Part shown: in pieces, positions 10,835-24,126 of the stretch
Layout of the letters: each line of letters starts with the position of its first letter
Position numbering within the stretch: position 1 is the stretch's first letter
NCBI RefSeq assembly: GCF_048593235.1
Contig: NC_133621.1
Span: 85,117,148-85,181,147 of the forward strand
DNA: 64,000 nucleotides
Direction: 5' to 3'
Origin: Sminthopsis crassicaudata
Lineage: Eukaryota
Made by a program: the position numbers and the translations under genes
Notes under the pieces: generated by a model
Database searches by the model: none
What the model saw: only the letters and a program-made list of their open reading frames with translations
Told to the model about the DNA's origin: nothing

Positions 10835-13800
10835 ATATATGATAAATTGAAGGGGCTTGCTTAATTGTTTTTCTTTGTTTCCAGAAACAGTTCAATCTGG
10901 GAAGTAGGAAGGGAAGATAACTGTGACACGAAGACAAAAAACACAACTAAAAGGTATTCAATAAAGATAGTCCATTTCAGGATTACAAAATGTTTGAAAA
11001 CCTCCAAACTATGTTTAGATGAATTTTTTTAAACTTTTTTCTTTATAAAAGATATGGTAAGGAAAGAAGTCACATTTAGGCTAAAATTAATAAATTGTCA
11101 TATAATGGAGGCATTTAAGATATTCAAAATATTGCCCATTAGGTGGAAAAGGAAAAAAAGTTGCTACTGTTTATATAAAATGAAAAGCCTTGACCATATT
11201 TAAGCAGTTGTATTTCTCTATCTTTTAAATAATTATAAATCGGTAACATGATTGATATAAGTTGTGTATTTAATAACAATAATTATCTGGGTTAAAAACA
11301 TGTTATGTAATTTTCTTTGTACAGTGCTGCCAGAAACTTGCTTTAAAAATCTATGAGATTTCTGATCAATACCCATATTTATACATAATCAATATGTATA
11401 ATTTGATGATACTTAGATAATACTTCAGGTACTTTGGGGAGAGAGTATTTGCAATTTATTACTTGTTTTATATAAACCTTAAATATTTTCACAGGTTATT
11501 ATAAATGTTTATTTAAACATAGCATTGCTACTACTTGTGGGGCATGTTATAGAGAGAATTCTTTTTGTGTATGAATTGAAGTAAACTGACACTCAATCTT
11601 CCAATTTCAAATTTTGCAATTATGTAGTTTTAAGCTAAAGATTAAAGCTATAATACAAAACCTTAGTCTAAGAATATAATTTTAAAATCAGAATTTAAGA
11701 GTTCTAATATTATTTTACAAGCAACTGGGCTAACACACTATAAAAACATATTTATTTATTTGGGTTACTAAGGAAATGAGTTGTTTTTTTTTTTTTTTCC
11801 TTGATGCTATGAATCATGGGGCAAGGTATTCTGGTAAAACAGCAAGTAAAGTTAAAGGGTTAGTGAATTTTAGAAACCATCTTATTTAATAGCTGTTACC
11901 ATAGTGTTTAGCTGCTGCTGTTCCTGCTGCAGATGGGAATTCATTGATATGATTAAATTTGATGGTATGATAATATATGGTAATCGTGATTAATCAGAAA
12001 CCCACTAGCAAATGGAGGATGTTGGGCATTATGTCACCTGCATTTTAAACTGCATTCCTTCCATGCCAGCCTGACAATATCTGACAGCTGGAGGGATATC
12101 ATACTACATCTGCTTACTACTACTTATACTTCACATAGGAAAAAAATGCCCATCATTCCTTTGCTGTCTTTAATACTATAATTATTGGGCTTTGTAGACA
12201 AATAGTGAAAACACCAAGTGTTCCAAAAGAAAGCATTTTTTTCTCACTATAATACATCCTCAATTCACATCTGCAAAGACCATAATCTGAAAGAAAGGTA
12301 ATTTGATGCAGCAGTCTCATTCAAACATGATTTGCATGAAATGCCTTATAAAGCACAATCCAAAGAATGTCAATCAACACCACCTGATACCATGTACCCT
12401 GCTAAATGAAAACAAAATACATTAAAAACTACCTGTGATTTGCTACTGCTACACAGTAAATAGAAAATTTCATTTAATGGTACTATTACAAATAGTAAGG
12501 CCAAAGCCAAACAGAGTAACTTAAAAATCAAGTGCACGATAGCATCATTCCTATATCTAGTATTTCAGTGTTTTAAACAAACACACCATTCTGACACTTT
12601 TCAGAGGCCAAATTTTTTTATCTTTAAGTGAGCCACTGGCCAATTTTTTTTATTTTCAACTGGACCACTCTTTTTCAAAGGATAATCAATGATTTGAAGA
12701 GATGTTAAAAGATGACAGCCAATTTGCTTGAAAACATCATCACTTAAAATCATGAGATTTTACTATTTGTACGCAATATAAAGGGAACAAGAATTAATCT
12801 ACGAACTCAAAACTTAAAATGTTACTTTGTAAGCCTTCTATGATAGTTTCAAGTAGCAAGTTTTAATATAACCTTTGGTCAAAGATGTAACAATAACAGG
12901 AAAGAGGGGACCTAAGTTTTAATTAAAAAATGATAAGTTAATGAAATAGATGGAAAAACCTGAATTTATAAATTTATTGTTTTGTTTAAACAAAGAACAC
13001 TCCTTGGAAATGAAAACAAAACTCACATAGAAATGAAAATAGATGTTTACTAATGTTAAGGCAATTCAAAATAATTAGCAAAATATAAAACGGGTCTGGG
13101 AAATGAGATTTCAAAGCTTAAGTGTCTGATATAGCACATTTTAACCCTCAGGGGAATATGCTAGCTGCCTAAGCCAATCAGCCATGTTAAGAATCTGTTA
13201 TTTAAATAACTGAAGTACATCTATGCTATCCCAAAAAGATTCAAGTCCCTGATAGTATGTCTGAAAACATTAAATGATGGACAAAAAGATAAGAGCACAA
13301 GGGTGATGCATCTATTCTCTTAGTCCATTTATTTTGTGGCAAAATGTTAGGTTGTCCTAGGTCCTTCTGGTCATGGTTATTTAAATATGCATCTACTCAG
13401 AATAAAAGTATGTGTATAAATAAGAAAATACTTGAGTCTCTGAGTCCTTTAAATGTTACAGTCCCAGAACAGAATACGGGGAAGTCATAATAAAATTCCA
13501 GCAGAAGGACAAAGATCTGGTAAAGAAAACTCCCATGATCTCTAGGCATTCATTTCTCAAATATAATTTTGTTCTTTCAGACCACTTGCATATTTATTCA
13601 AACTCCTAAATTTCTATTTTAAATTTTCATACAATTTAGTTTTATGGTCAACAGAACTAAAACAGAATCTGGTTTTAATATTTCAAAGTATTTTAAATAA
13701 ACTTGCAATTTTAACTTCAATGGTAGCTATTCCTAAGTAAACAGCATAAATACAAGCATAAATGATAATACTGATGATTTAGTGAACTTTTTTTCTTTGT

Positions 13801-13984
13801 ATTTTGATAATTTACTTAAACACAATTAGTTCCCCATACAATCCAATGTATTTTATTTTATATATACATTCAAGAGCATTATTCTGAGAAATGTAGAAGC
13901 TTCATGAGACTATCAAATAGTTCCATGAGACAAAAAAAGGCTAAGAAAGGCTTATAAAGTATTTTCCTTTTCAACCACCCCAGT

Positions 13985-14135
13985 GAAAAATTGTAAAAAT
14001 ATTATTATCTTCATTTATAGATTTAAAAAAGTTAAGTGATTTACTCATGATCTCACAACAAGCAAATTTGTCTCAGACATTCTTTGAATCCAAGTATCCT
14101 GCCTGCCAAGACCAGAAGTACATATATTACGTCAC
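13985..14135 (-). mobile_element. MIR fragment
   Basis: attattatcttcatttataga...gttaagtgatttactcatgatctcaca matches the MIR core, antisense. Confidence 0.65.
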
Positions 14136-16828
14136 AATGACTCCTCAATCTCAATTCCTTTACTCCTTCAAATGAATATAACTCATTCTTATTACTAGAA
14201 GTTACTACTCATGATGTGCACTGATAATTTTACAATAATTATCAAACTAATATTCCACATTATAATCTTAGGATATATACTTTTTAAAAAAGAAAGTTAC
14301 TATAATTACATCAATGTTATTTTGTGGCATTCACTTATTTTAAAATAACTGTTATTAAAAGAACAAATGTTAAACATATACCTATGTTTAAAATATATTG
14401 TATGTTAATTTTACATTTATTTGCTGGTCCTTAAAATAATAAACATATATTTGAACACTTAAAGGATAACAATAAAAACAAAATGTTTCCTCTCAATTCA
14501 ATCTGTTTACTACTTGTTACCTATAGGCAACAAAAGATAACAGCTTTTGCATATAAGTGTTATGCTTTGAACAATAGCTAAGTTAAAAGTAACTCCAAAA
14601 TCATGTTTTTATAATGCAAACTAGTTTTAATTGATCATAAAGACTAAACTTAGGCTAACCATCTAACAATACAAAAGAACTATCCTCTGATTTCTCAGTG
14701 TATCTAATTTTTATCTTTGCATAAAAAGAACTTTTGTGAAGTGAAACATACCCAATACTAACAACTGTGCAATATCAATTCTCTATAATTTCATTCCAAG
14801 CGAGAGTTAATTGTATGTAACTAATTTCACTTTATTTGAAGCTACACTTTGATTTAAAAATATCTTTAAAATGTTGTGAACTAGGATTCATAACATCAAT
14901 CAAATCAAGTTTAGTAATAGTGGAAAGAAAATGAATATAACCCCCCCCCAAAAAAAAGTCCATTAGGAAAAAGGGGAAATTCATAACCATAATAAAAGTA
15001 TTTTTCCTTTCCATACAATATTCTGAATGTCATTTTGAAAATATTTCATCTTCAATATAATGAAACAGGTATCAGATATAATTACTTTTGTTTAAAAAAA
15101 TGAGCAACTGAGGTAAGGAGAACCTGACTTAACCTGAAGACCGTTTTCCCTGCTTAAGAGATCAAAGTTAGGATAGGCAATACCTCCTAAATATTACTAA
15201 ATATCTCCAATAAAAGCTATAATGTATTATCACTCAATTTTCTAAATCACTAGGGAAGCACATCCTAATCGAGAAAAAATTAAAAATCATTTGAGAGTGC
15301 TTTTTAAGAAGAAAACAATTTGCATATTCAGAATACAATAAATCAAAAAAATAAAATAAAATAAAAAAGCCAAATGTCTCACAAAATGTAGACTATTAAC
15401 TGTATCTGAATTTTTCCCTCCAATTTATCATGTAAATTTATTCAAGTACAGTTGGAAAAACTACAAATTTTCAAAACTGAAAGTGACTATCCTAATTTTA
15501 TAGTTGCTAAAAACACATTTTTACAAGGATATCAATTACAAAACTGACATGTTTATTCCATTTAGAATTTCTTGTTCATTTTTAATTTCAGCTTATATCA
15601 TGTTATTGCTGTAATGAGAATGAAATAAACATGAAAGCTAGTTCAATAAGTTTTGATACAAATCATAAGCTTTTTCATACAGAAATACTAGTAAAGTACT
15701 TAGAAATGCTCAAAATATTTCTGCTTTTCAATAAGCTAACTTTCAAACCCATTCTTCAGAAGAAATATAACCTACAATTTAAATCACAGAAATATTTACT
15801 CCAGTCATATAGCCCCCTGATTTATTTTTTAAAAAAAGTTAATAAATTATTTGAAGGACAAATACTTTTTTCTTTGCTTCTTTTCATTACTTGAAGCATC
15901 AAATTTTTTTACTGTTTGGTTGATCAGTTTTAAGAATTGTCAGTATTTCACAAATATTATTATAGTAAAAAATTCTCTAAATTACCAAGAGTGATTATTT
16001 GAGTAATATTAATAGTAAATGAAAAGAATAAATAATAAAACAATCACAATTATTCTGAAATAATAGCTCATATTTACACAGCACTTTTTAGTTTAAAAAC
16101 TACTAGATAATTGCATTCTTTTTTGATATGTTATACTTACAAACAGTAGTAAAGTTATTTCCTTTTTCTGTGTACATTTATAATTTAGTATGTATTTAAA
16201 AGATCAATATTTATATTTTAGGATTTTTTTCTGGTCAACATAATCACATATCTATATATTTTTACTTGTTATAAACTCATAATTACAATTATAATAAAAG
16301 CTTTATAAAACCCTCTACAGCAAACTCAAGGAAATATTTTTTTCCAAAAAACCATTTATGTCAATAAAGTGAAAGAAACTATGGAATAGTTCTGAAATGT
16401 ATTTTTAAAATTATTTTTTTTAATGTCATCAAATCAAGTGACTGGGAATCTTATTTTGTTGTTGTTCCAGAAAAACAATTTGTTAAGTTCCACATACACG
16501 ACAACCTTTAATAATGGAAGGATCTTTGCACTTAATACAAGGAGGCAATAATAAAATAAAAATCTATATTCTTTAAACTAAAATGCGTTTGAACTTCTCA
16601 CTGGTGACTCTGATCCAACAATTTTACAGTTAAACAAAATTAATTCTGCTCTCAAAAATCCATTGACCTTAAGCTTTTAACAAACATTTTCAACTGCACA
16701 GATTATTGTCAATATTTACAAATCCTTAAAATTATATTTAGCTGAAGCCACTTTTATTTGCTATATTAATATTTCTTTGCAAATGTATGCTTATCCATAT
16801 CACAGCAGTAGTACCAGCTGCTACTCAC

Positions 16829-16887
16829 TGGGAATCTCTGGGGTCCTACAGCAGGTCTGGGCTGGCTGGGTACTGGTAACAACGGCA
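16829..16887 (-). CDS. RBM33: RBM33 coding exon, 59 nt: (V)PLLPVPSQPRPAVGPQRFP
   Basis: Lies within ORF 16766..17026(-). Acceptor tttcttcttttAG|TGCCG, donor TTCCCA|GTGAGT; phase 1 in, phase 0 out. Confidence 0.95.
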
Positions 16888-17865
16888 CTAAAAGAAGAAA
16901 AACACCTTTCATTGAGAATTTGTTTCGGTTAACAATGGTAGCTATCTGAATAATACAATTTACTAAACAGGTAAAAAGTTGAGGCTTAATCCAAATTTTT
17001 GAGCTCCCTATCTCCCCCCCACACACATATCCCTGTATTTTTTTTAAAAGCCTACCACTATTTTAAAATATAAAGAAATTTAGATTTCACTAGTCAAATA
17101 CTTTTTTTTCCCCAGAGATGAGTCATTTCATGTCTATTTTTTTCAAATAAGTAAAGCTAAAAAAACCCAAAAGAATCTTAAATCAGAGAGGAAAAAGGAA
17201 ACCAAATTACAATAGAAATGATTTTTATATGGAAGTCTACTGATTAGAAAGTATCCTATATTTTACTCCATTTAAAAATAGACTAATATAAATTGATATA
17301 TAAATTGAGCTAACATTTGTTAAATCTTTTTTATGAAAACAAAGCAAAATCCAGTAACACAAGAAATTTTGCAAACAAGTTCTAGTCTAAATTTCACCCA
17401 GAAAGTAGTAGTATTATTTGGGGAAACCAGAAAATCAAGAAAAAATAAATCTGAAAAATACAATGATTAAAGATATTAGAGGAAAAAAATTAAATTTTAA
17501 GTAAATGACCTCCCCACATAAATTACTTAGGGAATCCAGCACATTATACTTCTTACTTATCAAAAAGATTCCATAGTTCAAACTTAAAAGAGCTACTAGA
17601 CTACTTAAGCCAGTCTTTGAGAATCTGACTCAAAAAGGTTCCCTCCTTTTAAAATAAGATTTGCAGCCAGAAAAAATTTAAGAGAATGGGAGTGGCAGAA
17701 GAGTGAGAAAAGGAGGAGAGGGCAGGAGGGTCATTTCTCACAAGAAAGTAATATGCAGAACTTTGAATTTTAATGTCAATAGATTAACCTGGAATATCTT
17801 TTTCTTTTCTCTTTTACCTAACTAAATACCCTTTTAACATATGCTTACTCTATCTGAGAAGTAAA

Positions 17866-18114
17866 GGTAGGTGGCATAGTAGACAAAGCACCCAAACCTG
17901 GAGTCAGGAAAACTCACCTTCCTGACTCAAACCTGACTAGAAAAACTTGCTTAACTGTATGATCCTGGACAAGTCACTTAAGTCTGTTTATCTTAATTCC
18001 TTTATCTGGAAAATGAGTTGGAAAAGGAAATGGCTAACCAACCACTAGTATCCTTGCCAAAAAACCTCAATGGATCATGAAGTAGGACCTGACTAAAAAC
18101 TACTTAATAACAAC
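17866..18114 (+). mobile_element. Marsupial Mar1-type CORE-SINE
   Basis: tRNA-like head, core (gatcctggacaagtcacttaa) and RTE-derived tail (gaaaaggaaatggctaacc...ccttgccaaaaaacc). Confidence 0.8.
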
Positions 18115-18416
18115 ACTTTATCTGAGGAACTGGATTAAGTATCAGTAAAGAAAATACTGTCTTTAAGGAACATGAGATCTAGTTGCAGAAAGAGAACAAA
18201 GGAAGTGAAAAAAAATTATAAAGATATCAGGAAATAAAATGACACACAAATTCATCAACATTGCTTAGATTTAGACTAAGAATCCAAAAGGTCAATTCAT
18301 AAAATCAGAAATCTCAACTAAAAAGAACCTCAGAGGTCATCTGGAACACTAAGAATCCTCTCTGCAACATGCCCATGTGGTCATCTAACTTTTGCTTAAA
18401 GTTTTTTTGCTTATTG

Positions 18417-18575
18417 TGTAGGGTGTAATGAAGAGAGCCATCTGCACCCAGAAAGAGGACTGTGGGAACTGAGTGTGGATCACCATCTGGTCTCAGACAC
18501 CTAACACTTCCTAGCTGTGTGACCCTGGGCAAGTCACTTAAATCCAATTGCCTCAGCAAAAACAAAAACAAGAGC
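18417..18575 (+). mobile_element. Short L1 3' fragment joined to the 3' half of a WSINE1 SINE
   Basis: gagagccatctgcacccagaaagaggactg is an L1 3'UTR-type segment (compare 63587-63630), followed by atctggtctcagacac...aattgcctcagcaaaa. Confidence 0.7.
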
Positions 18576-19719
18576 AAAAATTTTGTTGTACAAAACAATA
18601 TGCTAAGTATTAGGTAAGATCTAAACATCCTACTTTCAATCACAGTGGTTAAAAATAAAATAAAATAAAGTTGACCATCTAAATGCAAGAAGAGCCACAA
18701 ACAAAATGTCAATTTGAAGTAGAAATAAAATCATTATTGGTGGAGGTGGGGGGATAGAGTAATGAGAGGAGGTTTCATTAAGGAGCTAGGCTTTATAGGG
18801 TAGGAATTTGGGATGAGGATGGGATACTAAACATTCCTGAAAGGAAAAGGAAAGTATGAGTTATTTATGTGAAAAATCACTATACCAACTTAGCTGTAGT
18901 ATAGTAGATATAGATAAGGTAATTTTAAAAGACTATAAAGGTAAAGTGAATAGGAGGAGACAAGTTGTCTCAACAAGAATTCTGAAATTTAAGGAAAATC
19001 ATCATAGATATATAGATCCATATAACCCATAAGGGTTCAATAAAGAACAGAGCAGACCAATGAATAAAGAAAAAATAAGGTAAAAACCAGAATCAAATTC
19101 CAAGTACTGAGTCTCCAAATTCAATATTATTTCCACTTTATCATCCTGTGGCTCACCTAATCTACTGTATTTAGGTCCTCTCAACACAATGACTTTCTTT
19201 CTTTTTGTGCCAACCTACCTTCCTCCCTCCTCCCCCACCACAATAGCTGCATTCCGTTCTAACAGATCCATTACAATTTTAAAGGGAAAATAACAAAACT
19301 TGTTTTTATCACAAATTATTAGAATTCAAGAAAGTGATTATGAATAAAACCTCTGCTATCCAAAAAAACCTCTAACTAGGTGTTCTAAAAAGCTGAGAGC
19401 TAATCCTTTACATGCTAAAAATTAAACTTTTTTAAAAATGGAAATGATTCTGCATCTGTTCCCACATGATATCCTCTACACTTTTGTACAATTGGCTCCA
19501 TTTCTCTCTAAGTCTCTCCCGTATATCCAGTGTATAAAAACTTGCTCTCTAAGTCTGAAAATCTCAAGATATCAATGTACCATTTCTGGATCTCACACTG
19601 GTCACAAAACTAGCTCCATCTCCTTTAGTAGACATAAAAATCTTCACTAAGATTCAAAAATTTTCACTTTCTAGCATGTAAACTGTCATTGCTAGCAAGC
19701 TGCAGATGTCAGAGAAAAA

Positions 19720-20280
19720 GGCAGCAAAGCTCAAAGGCCCAATCAATGAACAGGTAATTTATAAATGCTACAATGAGCCAAGAACTATGACAGGCACAGG
19801 GCACCCAAGAAAAAAGTGAAATAATTCTTGTCATAAAAAAGTACATTCTTTCAGAGGAGACAAAATAAAAATATACAATAAGTATATCTAGAATTTTAAA
19901 AATAAATAAATGCAAGGTAGTTAAGGGAGGTACTAGTAATTATAGGAAGTAGGGGATTAGGAAAATATAAGGTCAAGCTTCCACTGAGTCTTAAAGAAAG
20001 TAAAAGATTTTACAAGGTGAGGGAGAAGCACATTGCACACATTAAAGGTAAATTAAGTGGAAAGGGATGGAAAAAAGATGGCAAGATTAAGAACAGTAAG
20101 AATTCCAGGCTAATTGGATCACAGAATGGTGGAAGGTGAATCATGAAGAAGATGAAATGGAAGGAGGGGTCCAGAGTACGAAGAGCTTTAAAACTCAGGA
20201 CATTATTAGCAATAGGGAGACACTGGAGGTTATTGAATCAGGAAGTAGCATGATCAGAATTGTGTTTAAGGTAAATCACT
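19720..20280 (-). mobile_element. L2 relic
   Basis: Reverse-orientation L2 3' end and body (caatcaatgaacaggtaatttataaatgc..., aagagctttaaaactc). Boundaries approximate. Confidence 0.6.
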
Positions 20281-20289
20281 TTAACAAAT

Positions 20290-22140
20290 AACCAAGGCAG
20301 TAATCCCAGACCAAAAGAGAATCTATAATTCTGCTATGAACACAAAAAGATTTCCTGTTAATTGATAAGAGGTGGAGTTCAGCAGCACTTTACTCCTTCA
20401 AGAGAGTTGGGGGAAGTTTGGAAACAGGGGGCCAGGATCAGCTATCAGATTTTACTTTGAATCAGACCACTTTGGGGAGCACTGAAATCTTGCAGATCCC
20501 CAGTTTTACCCTGAGATCCACAAATAGCACAGTATTCTATTCCCAAAAAAAAGTAGTAGAAAAAGGACCAACTCAAGTATGGGTTATCTCCATCAAAATT
20601 ATCTCCAAACATCAAGTCCAAAACTAGGAAGTAAGCTGGAACAAAAAAAATTCCATCATACTGAGTGAAAAAAGAAGTTTAAAATGTTTTTTATAAATAG
20701 AATGAGAGCACTTGCCAAAAAAGAATTATAAAAGAAATAAGAAACATGGAAGAATTAGAGAGAACTGACACAAGAGGTATAAAATATTACCTAAGCAACA
20801 AACTCCTGAAAATTCAAAATAACCAAGCAGAAAACAGTAATTTCATAAGGCAACAAGAAATATTAAAACAAAATCAAAAGGCTAGAAAAAAAAATAGAAG
20901 AATATCTAAAGTATCTCTCATAGTGAAAACAACTCATTTGATAAACAGTTCAAGGAAAATAATTTAAAAATCATAGACTATCTGAACATCACAACCAAAA
21001 AAAGAACCTGAACAGCATAGTTTAAGAACTCTTTAAAAAAAAAAAAAATTCCCCAATCCCTTAGAAGCAGAAGGCAAAGTAGAAATAGAAAGAATACACT
21101 GACCACCCCAAATGAAAACTCCCAAGAACACCATACCTCCAAACCAGCACTTCACCTCCCAGTCAAAGAAAAAATACTTCAAGCAGCCAGAAAAAAGGAA
21201 AGTACCAAGGAGCCAGTCAGGATCACACATGAACGAATCATGACAAAACAAGGAAAAACTGCTTTATACTCAAATATATGAAGATGTCTCCTCTGAACCC
21301 CCATTATCATCATCTCAATTCAAAGAGGTAGCCCAATTAAACCAGGCCTAGAAGTGTTTCTGTTATGGTTTGATGAGCTTAAAGAAAAGAATGGAAAAAG
21401 AGGGGAAGAGAAATATACTGTGTGTTTGGGGAGGAAGTAAAGAGAGTTAAAATGATATCACGTAATCATTATACACATGGAAAAGGAGGTAGAGAGAGTT
21501 CAAGTTCACACTTGAACTTCTTTCTCACCTGAAATGATCAAAGAAAAATATACACACACATAAACTTACAGAAATACATTTAATTCAAGAGGTAAAGGAA
21601 TTAGTGGAAGGGTAGGTTAAGGGAAATATTAGTTCTAAACAAAACAAAGTTTAATAATACACAAAAATATTTACATCTCTTTTTGAGGTGATAGAGAATG
21701 GGAATTCAAGAAGATAAGACAGGGAACAGGTGGAAAAGATTGTGATATATAAATATGATAGAGTATTATCATCATAATGATCACCCTGGATTCCAGGGTA
21801 CTAATGAAGAAATAAGCTCCTCTTCTTCTGATAAAGGACTCAGAATACAGAATGAGTCCAAAAAAAAAAAAAAATTTGGATAGAAAATTGTTTTGATTAA
21901 CACTTCACATTTTCGCAATTGGTTTTGTTTTTTCTCTTTTCTAAATTGAGATTTGGGAAGGAGATCTTGGTTGATTAAAACAAATAACATATTAAAAAAT
22001 AAATAAATAAACGTCCAACAAGTACTTGGTCACATGAAAATGGAGCTCGAGGAGAGACTAGGAAATATAGACCGATAGGCTACAGTAGAGACAATAATCA
22101 AACTAAACCTATTCACCAAATGAAAAAAAATGGAGAATAT
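20290..22140 (+). mobile_element. Degenerate LINE-1 5'/ORF1 and inter-ORF fragment
   Basis: A-rich; gaaaaaatacttcaagcagccagaaaaaagg...gtcaggatcacaca resembles the marsupial L1 ORF1 C-terminus. No intact ORF. Confidence 0.65.
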
Positions 22141-23719
22141 CCAGGGCAGAATTAGGAAACACCTCCAATATGAAAACATCATTTGGATGATAAACCACCA
22201 AAGAAAATTAAGGCATGATCACAAATAGCTCAACAAAAAAAGAACCATGTCACAAAACCCCAGAAAAATGTTTCCAATGAGAGGAAGATCAACAACAGCA
22301 AATGCTAGATAAAGGAATCAAGGAGGATGAAGATTGAGAAGAAACTATCAGATCTGTCAATTCTAAAAGCACTCCAAAGTTAAAAGAGCAATTTTTGTTG
22401 AGTGATGAATTTGGAAGCCAGATCTTGAAGGGTTGAAAAATAAGCTAAAGGAGAGAAAGTAGACACATCTATTTCAGAATTTTTTTCTCTTTCCTTTTCA
22501 GAAGAGAGAGAGTAAAATCAGGTCATAGATATTCAAAAATGAAAGCATCTTGGGGATTAAATCAACATTACTAACCTGAGCTTAAATTAATTAACGTGCT
22601 TAGGAATCATTCAAAGAAAATGGAGCTATTATATGTAATAAAATTTACCTATATATGGTAATGAGTAGAAAGGGAACAAGAACAGTATAGAGAGATGGAC
22701 AACCAGGCAAATCTCTGGGGAAAAGGCATAATTAAATATACAATGTTGAGGATTCGGGATTTTTTTTCTTATGTCCCAACAATGTTAATATGGACATTCA
22801 CAAGTACTTATCCTAATGTGAAATAACCTCAACACTGTTACTGAGACACAAAAAAGGAGCAACATAAAAATGAAACTGTATTTCCCTACTCATATTAGAG
22901 ATTCCTTACTGCCTACCAATTCTACCTTTTCTTCCCAATTCCTAGTAGACAAGAAAAGGGAGAGAACAAATTATTAAAATCAACTACATGCCAAATTCTA
23001 TTCTAAATATTTTATAAATATTATCTCATTTAATCCTAACAATCTTGAGAGGAAGGTACACGGGACAATGGGTATATAACAATGATCTGTTCATACTCAA
23101 TGTGCATCGTTCCATCATTATTTATGAGCATAATTTTTCTAAAATTAAAATATTCTAGAACTGGCAATCACTTAGTGTCACCGAAAGAATACTGATGATG
23201 GTCTAGGCAAATATTTACAACAGCAAAAAGTTTGCAATTACTAAAAAACAGCATAATTTTTCAACTAAAGATGCAGGTTAATCTTTATTTTTTCCCCTAA
23301 TTCTAGGCTAAGCTCAATGATTCTTTGTAACATTTGTCCAAAATAAGCCCAAGGATATAAATTCAAGTGAACAGAGCACTTTCAGGTTTACACAGCACTA
23401 CTTTCACAAAAGCTTTGCAAAGTACATAACACAAGTTTTATTTTTATTTTACAGGTGAAAAAATATGCTCCTCAATGAATTGTTCATGGTCATATGGCTA
23501 ATTGAGTGTTGAAATTAGGGTTAATATAAAAAACTACTTTTTTTTTAATCCACTTTGTTCTCACTAACTCTATAAAAACAAACTATTTTACAATACTTTG
23601 GATTTTATCTTCAGTTCAGAACTAAAGTCTGTAAAAATATAGCTCAGATACCATTTTCTGCATGAAGTCTTTCCTGATCCCTCCAAATATTAGGACCCTT
23701 GCTACTCAACTACTTTGTA

Positions 23720-23965
23720 GTCAAGTCAGTAAGCATATACTAAGTACTCTATGTGTGCCCTGTACTGTACTAAGCTCTTAAAATACAAAAAAAGTAAAAC
23801 AAAAAAGGTCAATAACAAAACTAGACCTTGCTCTCAAGGAACTCATAAATTATTGGAGGAGACCACATGCAAACAACTATGTACAAACAAGATAGATATA
23901 CAGTTTGAATCAAACATAATGATGGAGGGAATGCATTTATATTAAGGTGAGTCAGGAAAGCTTTG
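23720..23965 (-). mobile_element. L2 3' relic
   Basis: agtcagtaagcatatactaagtactctatgtgtgccc... is the reverse of an L2 3' end. Confidence 0.65.
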
Positions 23966-24000
23966 TTTAAAAAAAAAAAAAAAAAAAAAAAAGGGAATTT

Positions 24001-24126
24001 TTGGGTGGTGCAGCGGATAGCACCAGCCCTGAAGTCAGGAGGACCTGAGTTCAAATCTGTTCTCAGACACTTAACATTTCCTAGCTGTGTGACCCTAGGC
24101 AAGTCACTTAACCCCAATTGCCTCTG
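24001..24126 (+). mobile_element. WSINE1-type marsupial SINE (slightly 5' truncated)
   Basis: ggtggtgcagcggatagcaccagccctgaagtcaggaggacctgagttcaaatc...aaccccaattgcctc. Confidence 0.9.

Noticed and set aside
10563-10946. Overlapping ORFs with CVCV/THTH runs
   Set aside because: Translations of the (GT)n microsatellite; the same applies to 46169-46426.
13145-13181. AP-2-like CCCTCAGGG and NF-Y-like AGCCAATCAG motifs
   Set aside because: Isolated short motifs with no CpG island or other promoter context.
1-16700. Searched for the next RBM33 exon (GPPEFPQH...)
   Set aside because: Not found; it presumably lies left of the window. The upstream DDDFDQFDKP exon was likewise not found in 59250-64000.
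24001-24070. tRNA-like A/B-box sequences here and at 38099 and 52239
   Set aside because: These are SINE heads followed by CORE sequence, not cloverleaf tRNA genes.
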